This document shows positions 1-10,475 of a stretch of DNA of 64,000 bases, piece after piece; positions within the stretch are counted from its first letter, which is position 1; every line of letters starts with the position of its first letter. The DNA lies in the NCBI GenBank assembly GCA_965261605.1, contig OZ253466.1, forward strand, positions 2,589,057 to 2,653,056, in the 5' to 3' direction. The stretch is from Dehalococcoidia bacterium (GTDB taxonomy: Bacteria; Chloroflexota; Dehalococcoidia; Lucifugimonadales; UBA2985). Position numbers and translations under genes: made by a program. The notes beneath the pieces are model-generated. The model was given only the letters and a program-made list of their open reading frames with translations, had not been told where the DNA came from and did no database searches.

Positions 1-466
1 CTTTACGTTGAGCTGCGTCCTGAACCTATAGTGGGACCTTGATTCACCCTCGTTTCGGGCAATGATTGCCGCGAGCGGCGAAGGAAGGTCCGGCGTTTGG
101 GGCTCCGCCCGTCCGAAGTTTGCCTTCACTCTCCCATGGCCGACCAGAGCCTTCGCCGTGTCGCTCTTGCGCCATAGTATCCTGGGTTGGGGAATGGGGA
201 GTCTTAACGACAGTCTCCGGCAGTGTATACTGAGGTGGCCTGGGATTCTTCATCGCAGTCCCATTATCGCTGACGGCCTACAAAGGCCACAGCGCCAGTT
301 CGCTGAGAGGCTTAGACATGGCCTTGAATGCCACGGGATTGATGTTGAAATGGCTCACATTGCCGATATGGCTACCCATCCCTTGGGGGCTAAAGCAGAG
401 AAGGAAGTGTAAGTAACGAGGGTCATTAACAACTGATCCACCCAACAGCCTATTATAGCAAAGGAG

Positions 467-1810
467 GTGATGGTATTGAGATCAAGCAGAATTCGGTTTT
501 GGACTCTAGGGCTGGTCAGCGGCGTAACGCTAGCGCTGATCTTGGCTGGGTGTGAAGGATCGCCGACTCCCACGTCCACTCCACCTCCGACGTCCACAGC
601 TGTTCCAACATTGACAGCTGCTCCGACAGCAACACCAGTCCCTACGCCCACACCCACCTCGTTTACTCCACCTCCGACGTCCACAGCTATTCCAACGCTG
701 ACACCTGCTCCGACAGCGACACCAGTCCCTACGTCCACACCAACCTCCACTTTGGAGCCCAGCGCCGGTCTCTTGGACAAGCTGTCTCTGATACCAGCGC
801 AATTCAAAGACCAAGGGGTGTGGTATGGCGATATGGGTCGCGCACTGGAGATAGCCGGCGTTCAAGCGCCGCGTAACCAAGATGACTTAAGGCAATCAAT
901 CAGTGCCCGGGATGCATACAGTGACGCGCGCCGTGGAATCGTCCTGGCCCCAGGATTCCTGAGCGGCGTGTTCGGCGAACAAGAGTGGGAGGAGGTCTTT
1001 GGATTCAATGGTTACGAAGTAGCTCAGGCCGTGAGCTTCGGCGAGACGAGTTCACGGCCACTCTCCGCGGCGTATTTGGAAGGTGACTTTGACGATAATG
1101 CAATTCGGCAGAAGCTCGTGGACCTTGGGTATGAGGAGAAAGAGGCCTTCGGCCGGACCTACTTCTCGATAAGGGATGACTATACGTGGGGTTCCTTTGC
1201 AAGGCCGGATGCGTTTGCTCATGGCGCAATGAACCGCGTTTACGTGAGCGGCACTGCTCTGATCGCCTCTCCGGCTACCGAGTATGTCACCGGCATACTG
1301 GCGGCCTGGGCGAACGAATCGCCATCACTGGCAGATGACTCAGCCTTCTCCAGCATAGCACTCGCACTGGGTGACCCACTTTCGGCCGGGCTCCTCACCA
1401 GGGAGGCTATCCTGGACTATGAGTTTGGCGACTCGGTAGCCCTATCGCAGTACGAGAAGCCGGCGGAGTGGGGCACGCTTCACGAGTGGTCCGACATGGG
1501 AGCTAGCTACGGACGAGGCGAGGAAGGCCAATGGTGGGTCTTATCCCTCTTCTACTCCGAGCCTGACGCAGCGGTTGCCGACGCAGATGAGCTCATCCAG
1601 CGCATGCGAGGGTACGATACTTCCTTGGCGTGGCTCGTCGAGCGGGGTTGGCTACAGCAGCCCATTGACCAATCATGCAGTCAACTTACGGCGGACACCC
1701 GGCAACATGAGGATGGGTCGACCTTGAGCATTCGTTGCACAATGACAGAGGACGGGACAACGGCATTGCATCTGGTGGACCTCCGAGACCTGGGTTTTCT
1801 GCTACCATAA
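467..1810 (+). CDS. Lipoprotein with Pro/Thr-rich stalk and unknown C-terminal domain
   Basis: 447-aa ORF; hydrophobic signal ending in lipobox LAGC; duplicated PT-rich segment (~578-647 and ~665-733); AAGGAGG at 461-467; exact start uncertain. Confidence 0.8.
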   Translation: MMVLRSSRIRFWTLGLVSGVTLALILAGCEGSPTPTSTPPPTSTAVPTLTAAPTATPVPTPTPTSFTPPPTSTAIPTLTPAPTATPVPTSTPTSTLEPSAGLLDKLSLIPAQFKDQGVWYGDMGRALEIAGVQAPRNQDDLRQSISARDAYSDARRGIVLAPGFLSGVFGEQEWEEVFGFNGYEVAQAVSFGETSSRPLSAAYLEGDFDDNAIRQKLVDLGYEEKEAFGRTYFSIRDDYTWGSFARPDAFAHGAMNRVYVSGTALIASPATEYVTGILAAWANESPSLADDSAFSSIALALGDPLSAGLLTREAILDYEFGDSVALSQYEKPAEWGTLHEWSDMGASYGRGEEGQWWVLSLFYSEPDAAVADADELIQRMRGYDTSLAWLVERGWLQQPIDQSCSQLTADTRQHEDGSTLSIRCTMTEDGTTALHLVDLRDLGFLLP

Positions 1811-2161
1811 CGTCGAAAGTACCCTCCAACGAAATTGGAGGAGAGAAACGGACCTGTGTCGATGTCCAGGGAGAATGTCCATTTATCTGGACAGTATCAG
1901 GAACGTTCACGCCAACGTTGACTTTAGCGGTGCAGCCGGCCATACATTCGCCCCACCCTATGCATGAATGCCCAAGCCCTTGCAGACGGCGCAGGGGCTT
2001 GAGGGGGTGAGCCAACTGCTGGCCAGGCTCTCCGCTTGAACGCCTACAGGCAACGCCTCGGTGAGGTATTCGCCATGCACCCGCTAGGGCTTCCTAGCAT
2101 AGTACTTGTACAGGTAACCGCCCACGATGCCCAGGAATAGGCCGACCACGACTCCAACTAG

Positions 2162-2975
2162 GGCCTGTTCACACAAAGCAGCCTGAATTTGATACAATAC
2201 AGGTATGGAAATTACAGAAGCTCAGTACGAACGCATAGCTCCAGTCTTCCCTGTTCAGCGTGGCAACGTGAGTTTGTCCAACCTGCAAGTGCTGAACGCC
2301 ATGCTGTATGTCGCCGAGCTGGGGTGCAAGTGGCGGGGGTTGCCCAGCCGGTTTGGCAACTGGCACACTGTATACACTCGAATGAACCGGTGGTCGAAGA
2401 ACGGGGTGCTCGACAGGGTGTTCGAATACCTGCAACGAGAACAGATAGTGCGCATCAAACTGGAGGCGGTCTCGATGGACAGCACCATTGTCAAGGTGCG
2501 TCCTGATGGCACTGGTGCGTTAAAAAAAACGGGCCGCAGTCCATCGGCAAGTCCCGGGGCGGCTGGACCACCAAGATTCATATGGTTGCCTCGGATGCTC
2601 GAACAGCCATAACCTTTTCCCTCTCTCCGGGCCAAGCCCACGATGCGCCGGAGGGGCGCAAGTTGCTCAACCGGCTGGGATCGCAGGTTCAGAACCCGTA
2701 CCTGTTAATGGACCGGGCATACGAGGGCAATGAGACCCGCCAGCTTGCGTTGGCTCTGGGGTTCACTCCCGTTGTTCCGCCCCTCAGCACCAGGGTTCAT
2801 CCGTGGGAGTACGACCGAGAGATGTACAAGAGACGCAACGAAATAGAGAGGCTGTTCCGGCGGTTGAAGGGGTTTCGTCGCATCTTCTCACGTTTTGAGA
2901 AGCTCGATGTGATCTTCCTTGGATTCATCTCATTTGCACTCATCTTCGATGCACTCCGCTTTGTGTGAACACGCC
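2162..2975 (+). mobile_element. IS5 family (IS427-type) insertion sequence
   Basis: 18-bp TIRs GGCCTGTTCACACAAAGC / GCTTTGTGTGAACACGCC (1 mismatch); flanked by CTAG at 2158-2161 and 2976-2979; two overlapping transposase ORFs. Confidence 0.92.
2205..2968 (+). CDS. IS5/IS427 transposase, orfA+orfB joined by probable -1 programmed frameshift
   Basis: orfA has WRGLPSRFGNWHTVYTR and MDST; orfB has MDRAY and YKRRNEIERLFRRLKGFRRI; A8 run at 2522-2529 near the frame switch. Confidence 0.88.
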
Positions 2976-3046
2976 CTAGTGGAAACTAGGCCTCCCGATA
3001 GCCGTCTCTTCTCACGTTGCGAAGCAGGGCAACCCACAAAGCATTA

Positions 3047-4486
3047 CTATCTGGCGTTGAGCATTGTCGCGATCTCGTCCGGCAATCTCACTTTGTGCTT
3101 GTCTTCATAGTTTGTAATGCTTCCGAAGTCACGATCGAACTGAAACCCAATGTCGAGTCCAAGGTCTTTCGCAGCAGAAAAGTCCGATTGTGCATTTTCC
3201 CAACTGTGCGTTATCATAAAGTTCGCCCCCCGACCATAGTAAGCATTCGCATCGTTGGGATTCAAATCGATTGCCCTGCTGAAGTCGCGAATTGCGTTAG
3301 CATAGTCACCCTTCCCCCAGTAAGAAAGACCACGACCATAGTAGATAGCAGCATTGTCCGGGTCTAACTCTATTGCCCTAGTGAAATCCTCGATACTCTG
3401 ATCAAAGTCCTCCATTCGCCAGTAAGCAATCCCTCGACCGTAATAGGCGAGGACGTGGGATGCATCCAGTTCTATTGCCGTATTGAAGTCATGGATTCCA
3501 CGACTATAGTCACCTGTGTCCACGTAAGAGAGCCCGCGGTTGCTGTATGCCTCCACATCGTTCGGATTCAATTCGATTGCCCTGCTGAAGTCGCGAATGC
3601 CATGAGCATAGTCACCTCCAGCTGAGCGAGCAATACCGCGGTTAATGTGAGCTTCCGCGTAGTCCGGGTCCAACTCTATTGCCCTGGTAAAGTCTCGAAT
3701 TGCGCGATCGAACTCTCCCTTCCTTCCGTATGACAATCCACGGTTGTAGTAACTTCCGGGCTGGTGTTAATTGAGTTCAATAGACCTGCTGTAGCGTTCA
3801 ATGGCTTTGTCGTAATCCCCTGCTTCGGCATCAGCTATGCCATAGTGAAACTCTGTATAGGCATCTTTGTGAAGCTTCTGAACCTTAATGAAACCGTGGA
3901 TATCGTTGTAAATGGTCGAGTCCATCACCCCATGGCATGTCCGCAGGTATTCCAAGATAGGGTTCTTCAAATCCCAAGGGATAACAACAGTACCCTCCGG
4001 TTCGACGTATCCCTTCGGAGATTGCACGAATACACTCTTCTGAGCGATGATGCGGTTCTCTGGGGCCTTAGGCTCCATCAGCTTATAGGTTCCTTTGTCC
4101 AGTAAGATAACTCGTCCGTTTTTCCCTGGTTCGCCATCGCAGGCGAAAAATAGGGCAATATGGAAGTCTGTAGTGAAGTCGATAAAGTTAGTCGGATAAC
4201 CGTAGTGCTGCAGCTCAGTCAGGGTTTCAGAGTCATCAGCCTGTTCTTTGACAAATCTCTTGGCTATCTGCAGGTGCTCACTCTGTACAACATTTAGATC
4301 AAATTGATTGGGATCAATCTTTGCGTATGCGCGGCGAAGACCAGACGATACTTCTGGATAATGGTCGTTCTCTCCGCGATATAGGTAATTGCCGGCGGCC
4401 GCTTTCGAGGCAAGCTCGTTAATCTTTGCCAACACACCTTGGAGATGCTCTTCGCCCGAGGAGTCGTTTGCGTTTTGATCTGTCAT
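3047..4486 (-). pseudogene. FRG-domain + TPR-repeat protein split by one in-frame TAA
   Basis: ORFs 3767..4501 (YLYRGE, LQHYGYPTNFIDFT, NRIIAQKSVF = FRG motifs) and 3047..3736 (TPRs) are in the same frame; reads ...SIELN*HQPGSYYNRGLSYG... through the stop at 3767-3769. Confidence 0.85.
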
Positions 4487-4984
4487 AGCCCCGCCTTCCA
4501 CTCTTGTAACTCTTGGGTATTATACACGCTGGTATCATACACGCTTTTACCTAGGAAGGTGGGAGAAATGCGGGATGCTTTGTAAGGAGAGATGGCGCGA
4601 ACTTAACCTTTGCATCCCACCCCGACGCGCTCTTGTGCCGCTCGGGCCGATCCTCTCATCTCTGCCCATTCCGAGTCCACGGGGAATTAGGCTCTAGTGG
4701 TAGCCCAGCATTGATAAGTGTAGATTGTCAGCAAGAGTGGGACTACGATAACCTCATCTGGGCCTCTTCGGTCCAGGCCTCACAGTAAGCGTGACCGGAA
4801 CGATACCCCAGGACATGTTCTGGAATCGGTTCACCAAAGCCCTCCAGACTCAATAAAGTCAATAACTCTTGCGTTGACCGTCGTTTTGGATCTCTAGGCT
4901 GAACCGGGTTCTCGCCCCGACGGACGAGAGCCCGCCACGCGGGGTGAGGGAAGGCTTCGACCTCACCCCGCTTCCAGTTGATGC

Positions 4985-5265
4985 TATTCCCCCTCGGCAT
5001 CCGGTGGCCGACGCGGGGCTAGTTGAAGATGTAGGTAGGGTTGTCCCCATCTTCGCTCAGCTTGCACCACAGATTCTTCACGACCGCCTCGGTGCAGTTG
5101 GAGTGCACCGGACCCAATACTCGTTGAAAGAGCTCAGTGTGAGTCAGCACCCGACCAGTGTAGACCGAAAACTTGAAGAGCATACGGTGCTCGATGTCCG
5201 TCATCTGCACGGGGCGAACCGCGAGATAGACGCGGCATTCGACTTAGTTGATCGACAGGGTTCTC
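4985..5265 (-). pseudogene. Degenerate OmpR-type winged-helix (Trans_reg_C) fragment
   Basis: RPVQMTDIEHRML...GRVLTHTELFQRV...KNLWCKLSEDGDNPTYIFN*PRVGHRM resembles the C-terminus of the hybrid kinase at 37669; contains stops; ends approximate. Confidence 0.7.
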
Positions 5266-5377
5266 GCCACTAACTCCAACGGTTAGTGGACCTTGACAAC
5301 GCAGTCATCAGTCTCCACGGCTAGACAACCCACCGAGCCACGGATCGAACCCTTACGGGCAGTTCCAGCTATGACGT

Positions 5378-5611
5378 TCACTGTATGGAGTTCCATTCCG
5401 ACTCGAATGAGAAGAGATCAGCAGTGTCTAAGTCCATGGCCTTGGCAATGGCGCGGATGTTTCTCAGCGACGGATTCCGGAGGCCTCTCTCTATGCCTGA
5501 GATGTAGGTAACGTGGACACCGGCACGATGAGCCACCTCTTCTTGAATGATACCCCTTGATGTTCGTACATGGCGTATGTGTCGGCCAAATGCCGTTTGA
5601 TATGCGTCCAA
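5378..5611 (-). CDS. XRE-family HTH regulator resembling restriction-modification controller (C) proteins
   Basis: FGRHIRHVR..QEEVAHRAGVHVTYISGIERGLRNPSLRNIRAIA; C-box-like operator immediately upstream. Confidence 0.85.
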   Translation of the reverse strand: MDAYQTAFGRHIRHVRTSRGIIQEEVAHRAGVHVTYISGIERGLRNPSLRNIRAIAKAMDLDTADLFSFESEWNSIQ

Positions 5612-5631
5612 CTTGACGAGGACGCTGACAA

Positions 5632-5669
5632 CACATAGACTATTCGTCCTTAGACTATAAGTCTATGTG
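5632..5669 (-). promoter_or_regulatory. C-box-like double operator
   Basis: Minus strand CACATA-GACTTATAGTC-TAAG-GACGAATAGTC-TATGTG: two GAC-N5-GTC operators 4 bp apart inside an outer palindrome. Confidence 0.75.
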
Positions 5670-5817
5670 GCTGATGCCATTAGAGAATGCGGTACGGGTG
5701 GACGTGCTGCGGCAGTAGCTATGGCCCAGTCATCCTGTGAAATTGCTACGGGCTTTCCGGCGAATCGATCTATGCAATTCTGAGGGAAGTGTGGTGAAAT
5801 ACCACTGGGGGAAAAGA

Positions 5818-8800
5818 ATGGATTGCCCAAAATGTGGTAACGAGATTAGTGAGGGGGCAGCCTTTTGTACTCAGTGCGGCATGTCGCTTACAAAAGGACG
5901 CAATAGGACTAGGAGCATCCTCAAGTGGGGAGGACTCGGGTGTGGCGGTTTGCTAGTGATGTTCATAGTGGTCGTTATCATTGCCGTATTAGCGACCGAC
6001 TCCCCTTCATTGGAAGGGCAGGAGACGCCCACTCAAACCTTGTCGTCAGGGACGTCTTCACCCACACTCCAGACAGTGAGGGAAGCTTTCCTTGCGGGTA
6101 GTGAAACTGGTGACAACTTGAGAGCCGCGGACCACAAGTTCAACGATGATTTCGTCCAGGAAGCAGCATCCAGAGCGGACTCTGAGAGTCTTGGGGTCTC
6201 GGGCAAGTGGATAGTCTCCAACAGCGACCTGACTGCTGTATGCGATGTCTATTTCCAAGTAGGTGATGCTCGCGAAAGAGGTGATGACCTTTCCACTACC
6301 GAGTTTGAGGACCTCCTACGAGAGGAACTAGGGTTGAAAGGGTCGTTCCTCATGGGTGCGATCCAGAGTGGCATTAGCGATGATGCCGAGGCGATAGTCG
6401 ATTTCTGTGCCCCAATCCACGCCTACGGCATCGGATTTAGCGCCGCATTCGAGTTCACTGCCGAACTTTATGAACTTGATCCCAGTGAGACTGACGCTCA
6501 GTCTATACTAGACAGCGCTATTGACGAGGTCCTGAGGATAGAGCTGAGGACTGACCGTCAGACGGCATACCACAAGGGTTTTGTTGCGGGTATGTATGCT
6601 GCCAATGAGATCGGGCCTCAGCGCGATACTCTATTGGCGCCTGGTTTATCAGAGCTAGACATCCGCTTTGTTGGTACCTCTGATCTCTCTGAACAGAGCA
6701 AGAATTCGCTCGCGGAGGTCATCGAACGCATTCAAGAGGGCGTGGTACAGGTAACGGCCGGCAGTAGTAGCGGATCGGGCTTCGTCATTGATGAAAGTGG
6801 TGTGGTCATAACCAACGAACATGTCGTGCGTGGTCAGCGTACAGTAGGTATCTGGCTCACCAACGGACGCCGCTATAGCGGCGAGGTACTTGCGCGCGAC
6901 TCAACATCTGACCTTGCTTTGGTCCAGATTGAGAGCAACGATCGATTCCATACTATCGCCGTGGGAAACCCGGCTGTTGCACGCGTGGGAGACGAGGTTC
7001 TTGCGCTTGGCTTTCCGATAGCTGGGGAGATCGGCAATAGCCTAACCGTAACCCGAGGCATCATCTCCTCTACAAGGACAGCTAATGGAGTCAACCTATT
7101 GCAAACTGATGCGGCGATAAACCCAGGCAATAGTGGAGGCCCCTTGATCAATGAGCATGGTCAGGTAATTGGCGTCAACGCCTTCAGAATAGAGGAAACG
7201 ACCAGCGGCAGGCCCGTGAACAGCATTGGCTTTGCCGTTTCCGCCATTGAGCTTCAACGCATGGTCCCTTCTCTGAGTGAACAGCCAGCACGAACTCCTA
7301 GCACATCTGTAAATGAGCCCGCGATAACCCCCACACCTTCATCGCCAACAACACTTGCGCCCTCGACCAATACTGCGATCGCCATCAAATCCGTATATGC
7401 GGAGTCCCCTAACATCAGCAGCGGCTTGGAACATACCTGTATGCTTGGCTCGGATGGTACTCCCGTGTGCTGGGGTAATCGTCCGTTCGAACATGCATCA
7501 CCGCCTCCGGGCGAATTACTCACATCCATCAGTAGTGGGAGAAAACACATCTGCGGCCTTCGGGAAGACAGATCTGCCGTATGCTGGGGCTGGAACGATA
7601 ATCGAGTACAGACACCCCCGGAAGATAGGTTTGTGTCCGTCAGTGCCGGAGATTCGCACGTTTGCGGTCTTAGAGAAGATGGAAATGCCGTGTGCTGGGG
7701 CACTAGCGGTATGGCATCAGTGCGTGACGGACCGCTAGCGACCATCAGCAGCGGAAGTAATCACGTGTGTGCCCTCCGCCCCGATGGTACTCCAGTGTGC
7801 TGGGGTTCAAACAACCTCGGTCGAGCGTCTCCACCGCCTGGAGAGCGGTTCATTACTATTAGCAGCGGTGAAGCTCATACCTGTGCCCTACGCCATGACG
7901 GCACCCCAGTGTGTTGGGGTTCCGGCATCTATGGCCAATCCTCGCCGCCGATAGGGAAATTCACGTCCATTAGTAGCGGCGGCGGCCATACTTGCGCTCT
8001 TCGCGCCGATGGCACTCCAATATGCTGGGGAGCTTATGGGTTCGGCCAATCGTCGCCGCCGCCCAATGAGACGTTTATTGCCATCGGCAGTGGCAATTCC
8101 CATACTTGCGCCCTCCGATCCGATCATACCCCTGTATGTTGGGGAAGTGATACTGTGGGCCAGGCTTCTCCGCCCTTGTTGGGTCAACGATTCTCGGCCA
8201 TCAGTAGCGGTGGGTTCCACACTTGTGCCCTCATTCTGGATGGCACGGCCGTGTGCTGGGGGCTCAATGACGGTGGTCAAGTTCCGGTGATCGAGCAGTT
8301 CTCTTCCATAAGCAGTGGTGGATCTCACACCTGTGCGCTCAGCCCCGACGGGAGCCCCTCTTGTTGGGGCTCGGATTACGACATTGGTAGAGTATCACCA
8401 CCCGAAGAGCAATTTATTGCCATAAGCAGCGGAGCCGATCATGTATGCGCGCTCCGCATAAATGGTGCCCCCTTGTGCTGGGGAAATGACACTGACGGTC
8501 AGGTATCGCCACCTATAGGCGAACGATTCGCATCTCTCAGCAGCGGCGGGTTGCATACCTGCGCCCTTCGCAGCGACGGCACCGCCGTTTGCTGGGGGAG
8601 AGACTACTGGGGTCAAGCATCGCCACCACCGGAGGAACGGTTTACATACATCAGCAGTGGGGGAGGGCAGACATGTGCCCTACGTCTCGACGGCACCGCC
8701 GTATGCTGGGGTGGGAACCGATATACCGGAGCGCCGCCCATTGATGAACATTTCCTATCCATCAGCAGCGGAGCGTCCCATACCTGTGCTCTCCACTTGG

Positions 8801-8976
8801 ATGGTGCGCCCGAATGCTGGGGCGATACCGGCTATGGTAAGTCATCGCCACCATCGGGGGAACGATTCGCATCCATCAGCAGCGGTCAAGATCATACCTG
8901 CGCTATCCGTTTCGACGGCACTATCCTATGCTGGGGTGATAGAAGCTGGGGTAAGCTGACCCCAACAAGTCAGTGA
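5818..8976 (+). CDS. Membrane-anchored trypsin-like (HtrA/S1C-type) serine protease with N-terminal zinc ribbon and C-terminal RCC1/BLIP-II-like repeats
   Basis: CPKC..CTQC ribbon; one TM; GSGF, TNEHVV, DLA, QTDAAINPGNSGGP motifs; ~14 repeats of SISSGxxHTCALRxDGTxxCWG. Confidence 0.9.
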   Translation: MDCPKCGNEISEGAAFCTQCGMSLTKGRNRTRSILKWGGLGCGGLLVMFIVVVIIAVLATDSPSLEGQETPTQTLSSGTSSPTLQTVREAFLAGSETGDNLRAADHKFNDDFVQEAASRADSESLGVSGKWIVSNSDLTAVCDVYFQVGDARERGDDLSTTEFEDLLREELGLKGSFLMGAIQSGISDDAEAIVDFCAPIHAYGIGFSAAFEFTAELYELDPSETDAQSILDSAIDEVLRIELRTDRQTAYHKGFVAGMYAANEIGPQRDTLLAPGLSELDIRFVGTSDLSEQSKNSLAEVIERIQEGVVQVTAGSSSGSGFVIDESGVVITNEHVVRGQRTVGIWLTNGRRYSGEVLARDSTSDLALVQIESNDRFHTIAVGNPAVARVGDEVLALGFPIAGEIGNSLTVTRGIISSTRTANGVNLLQTDAAINPGNSGGPLINEHGQVIGVNAFRIEETTSGRPVNSIGFAVSAIELQRMVPSLSEQPARTPSTSVNEPAITPTPSSPTTLAPSTNTAIAIKSVYAESPNISSGLEHTCMLGSDGTPVCWGNRPFEHASPPPGELLTSISSGRKHICGLREDRSAVCWGWNDNRVQTPPEDRFVSVSAGDSHVCGLREDGNAVCWGTSGMASVRDGPLATISSGSNHVCALRPDGTPVCWGSNNLGRASPPPGERFITISSGEAHTCALRHDGTPVCWGSGIYGQSSPPIGKFTSISSGGGHTCALRADGTPICWGAYGFGQSSPPPNETFIAIGSGNSHTCALRSDHTPVCWGSDTVGQASPPLLGQRFSAISSGGFHTCALILDGTAVCWGLNDGGQVPVIEQFSSISSGGSHTCALSPDGSPSCWGSDYDIGRVSPPEEQFIAISSGADHVCALRINGAPLCWGNDTDGQVSPPIGERFASLSSGGLHTCALRSDGTAVCWGRDYWGQASPPPEERFTYISSGGGQTCALRLDGTAVCWGGNRYTGAPPIDEHFLSISSGASHTCALHLDGAPECWGDTGYGKSSPPSGERFASISSGQDHTCAIRFDGTILCWGDRSWGKLTPTSQ

Positions 8977-8994
8977 GCATGAAGCATCCTGCCC

Positions 8995-9140
8995 TAGTGA
9001 GTTAAAGTGCCGACCTTTGTTTGAGGGGGTCATTTACCGCGTTGGGACGCCTCGTTTGGGTGGGCAGCAATGTCCCCTAAAGTACGCTGGCAGAAGCGGG
9101 CCACGCTGGCCAGGATTTGGTCATCGGTCTTGGTCCATAC
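8995..9140 (-). mobile_element. IS630-family 3' remnant
   Basis: Minus strand encodes VWTKTDDQILASVARFCQRT, typical of IS630 transposase C-termini; truncated at the IS3 end; possible terminus at CTAG ~8994-8997. Confidence 0.6.
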
Positions 9141-10036
9141 TGACCTTACCCCGTTATTAGTATCAGAGGCTAGTAGAGTGCAGCTACCGCTTCATCATAC
9201 TCCTTTGGCGACCTGCCGTTCAACGAGCTGTGGGGTCTGACCTCATTGTAGTCCTGTCGCCAGCTCTCGATGACCTCCCTTGCATGTTTGATGCTCACGA
9301 ACCAGTTGATATTCAGACATTCGTCACGCAGCCGTCCGTTGAAGCTCTCGGCAAAGGCATTCTCCACCGGCTTGCCGGGACGTATGAAGTTTAGCTTGAT
9401 GCCCCTGCGGTACGCCCATTCGTCCAGGGCCTTGCCAGCGAACTCAGGTCCGTTGTCCACAGTAATCACTTCAGGCAGCCCTCTTGTCTCCGCCAACCGC
9501 TCCAGGACGCCGACTACTCTGACGCCGCCCAGGGAGGTATCCACCTCAATGGCAGGACACTCCCGCGAGTAGTCATCCACGATCGTCAAAGCTCGGAAGC
9601 GTCGCCCCGTGACGGTGCTGTCACTAACGAAGTCCATGGACCACTTCTGGTTAGGCCGTTCGGGAGCAGGAATGATCACCCGGGCTCCTGCTGCGCCCTT
9701 ACGACGCCTCTTTCTCCGTAGGCCAAGCCCCTCCTCCCTGTAGATACGCTCGCTCCGCTTGTGGTTGACCACCAATCCCTCCCTCTTGAGCATGATGTGC
9801 AGCCTGGGACTGCCAAATCGCTTCCTTTCCCCAGCCAGCTCACGCATCCTCGTGTGGCATCGCTCATACCATGCTTACGGAACAGGTCGGCTGTCCTCGC
9901 CCCCGCCTCAGCCTCATTCAGCACGGCTATGATCTGTTCCTCTGTGTACCTCTTGCGAACCATGAGTCCGCCTTCAATCCTCTATTCTAGCGGAGAACTC
10001 TACTTGCCTGTGTTACTGTTTCAGGGGGTAAGGTCA
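9141..10036 (-). mobile_element. IS3 family (IS407-like) element with internal deletion
   Basis: TG..CA termini with TGACCTTACCCC inverted repeats; orfA start (MVRKRYTEEQII..GMSDAT, 9963) is fused at ~9850 to orfB; only 896 bp; no TSD. Confidence 0.85.
9170..9847 (-). CDS. IS3 orfB DDE transposase (N-terminally truncated)
   Basis: WSMDF, DNGPEF, PGKPVENAFAESFNG, YNEVRPHSSL motifs. Confidence 0.85.
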   Translation of the reverse strand: MRELAGERKRFGSPRLHIMLKREGLVVNHKRSERIYREEGLGLRRKRRRKGAAGARVIIPAPERPNQKWSMDFVSDSTVTGRRFRALTIVDDYSRECPAIEVDTSLGGVRVVGVLERLAETRGLPEVITVDNGPEFAGKALDEWAYRRGIKLNFIRPGKPVENAFAESFNGRLRDECLNINWFVSIKHAREVIESWRQDYNEVRPHSSLNGRSPKEYDEAVAALY

Positions 10037-10381
10037 GGCGCATCTGTCGTCACCGAGAGCAATTTCTACAGGCAGTTCGACTCAAAGAGAGCAGCCGAAG
10101 TCGCGAACGACGTGAATCCGAGGATCGTGCAAGTTCATTGCACAGCCCCTCCAGAGGTCCTGGTGGAAAGAAATGCGAGTCGCCTTGAACCTTCCAAACT
10201 GCGCCCTGGTCACCATGTTATGCCCTCTGAAGAATTGTTGGGGGGCATCAGGGCTGGCAATTGGGAACCCTTGGATATTCCTTCAAAGGTCATTCGTGTG
10301 GACACTTCCAGCCCCTTTGATTATCCAGACCTCCTACAAGGCATAAGTCAGGATGCACCCCAGTTGAGCCATGGGGGATAG
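10037..10381 (+). pseudogene. C-terminal fragment of a P-loop (AAA_33-like) kinase truncated by IS3
   Basis: SVVTESNFY...IVQVHCTAPPEVLVERNASR..RPGHH..VIRVDTS; N-terminus with Walker A is missing. Confidence 0.55.
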
Positions 10382-10475
10382 CTCATTGACTTTCGGGAGC
10401 TTAAGGGCGTAGTGTACTCGCTCAGGAATCGCCATGAGGCAACGGAGAGTTGCCTGGAACTCGCCCCTGCGTCCC

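Noticed and set aside
44-412. Short ORFs at the window start
   Set aside because: No recognisable homology, RBS or codon pattern
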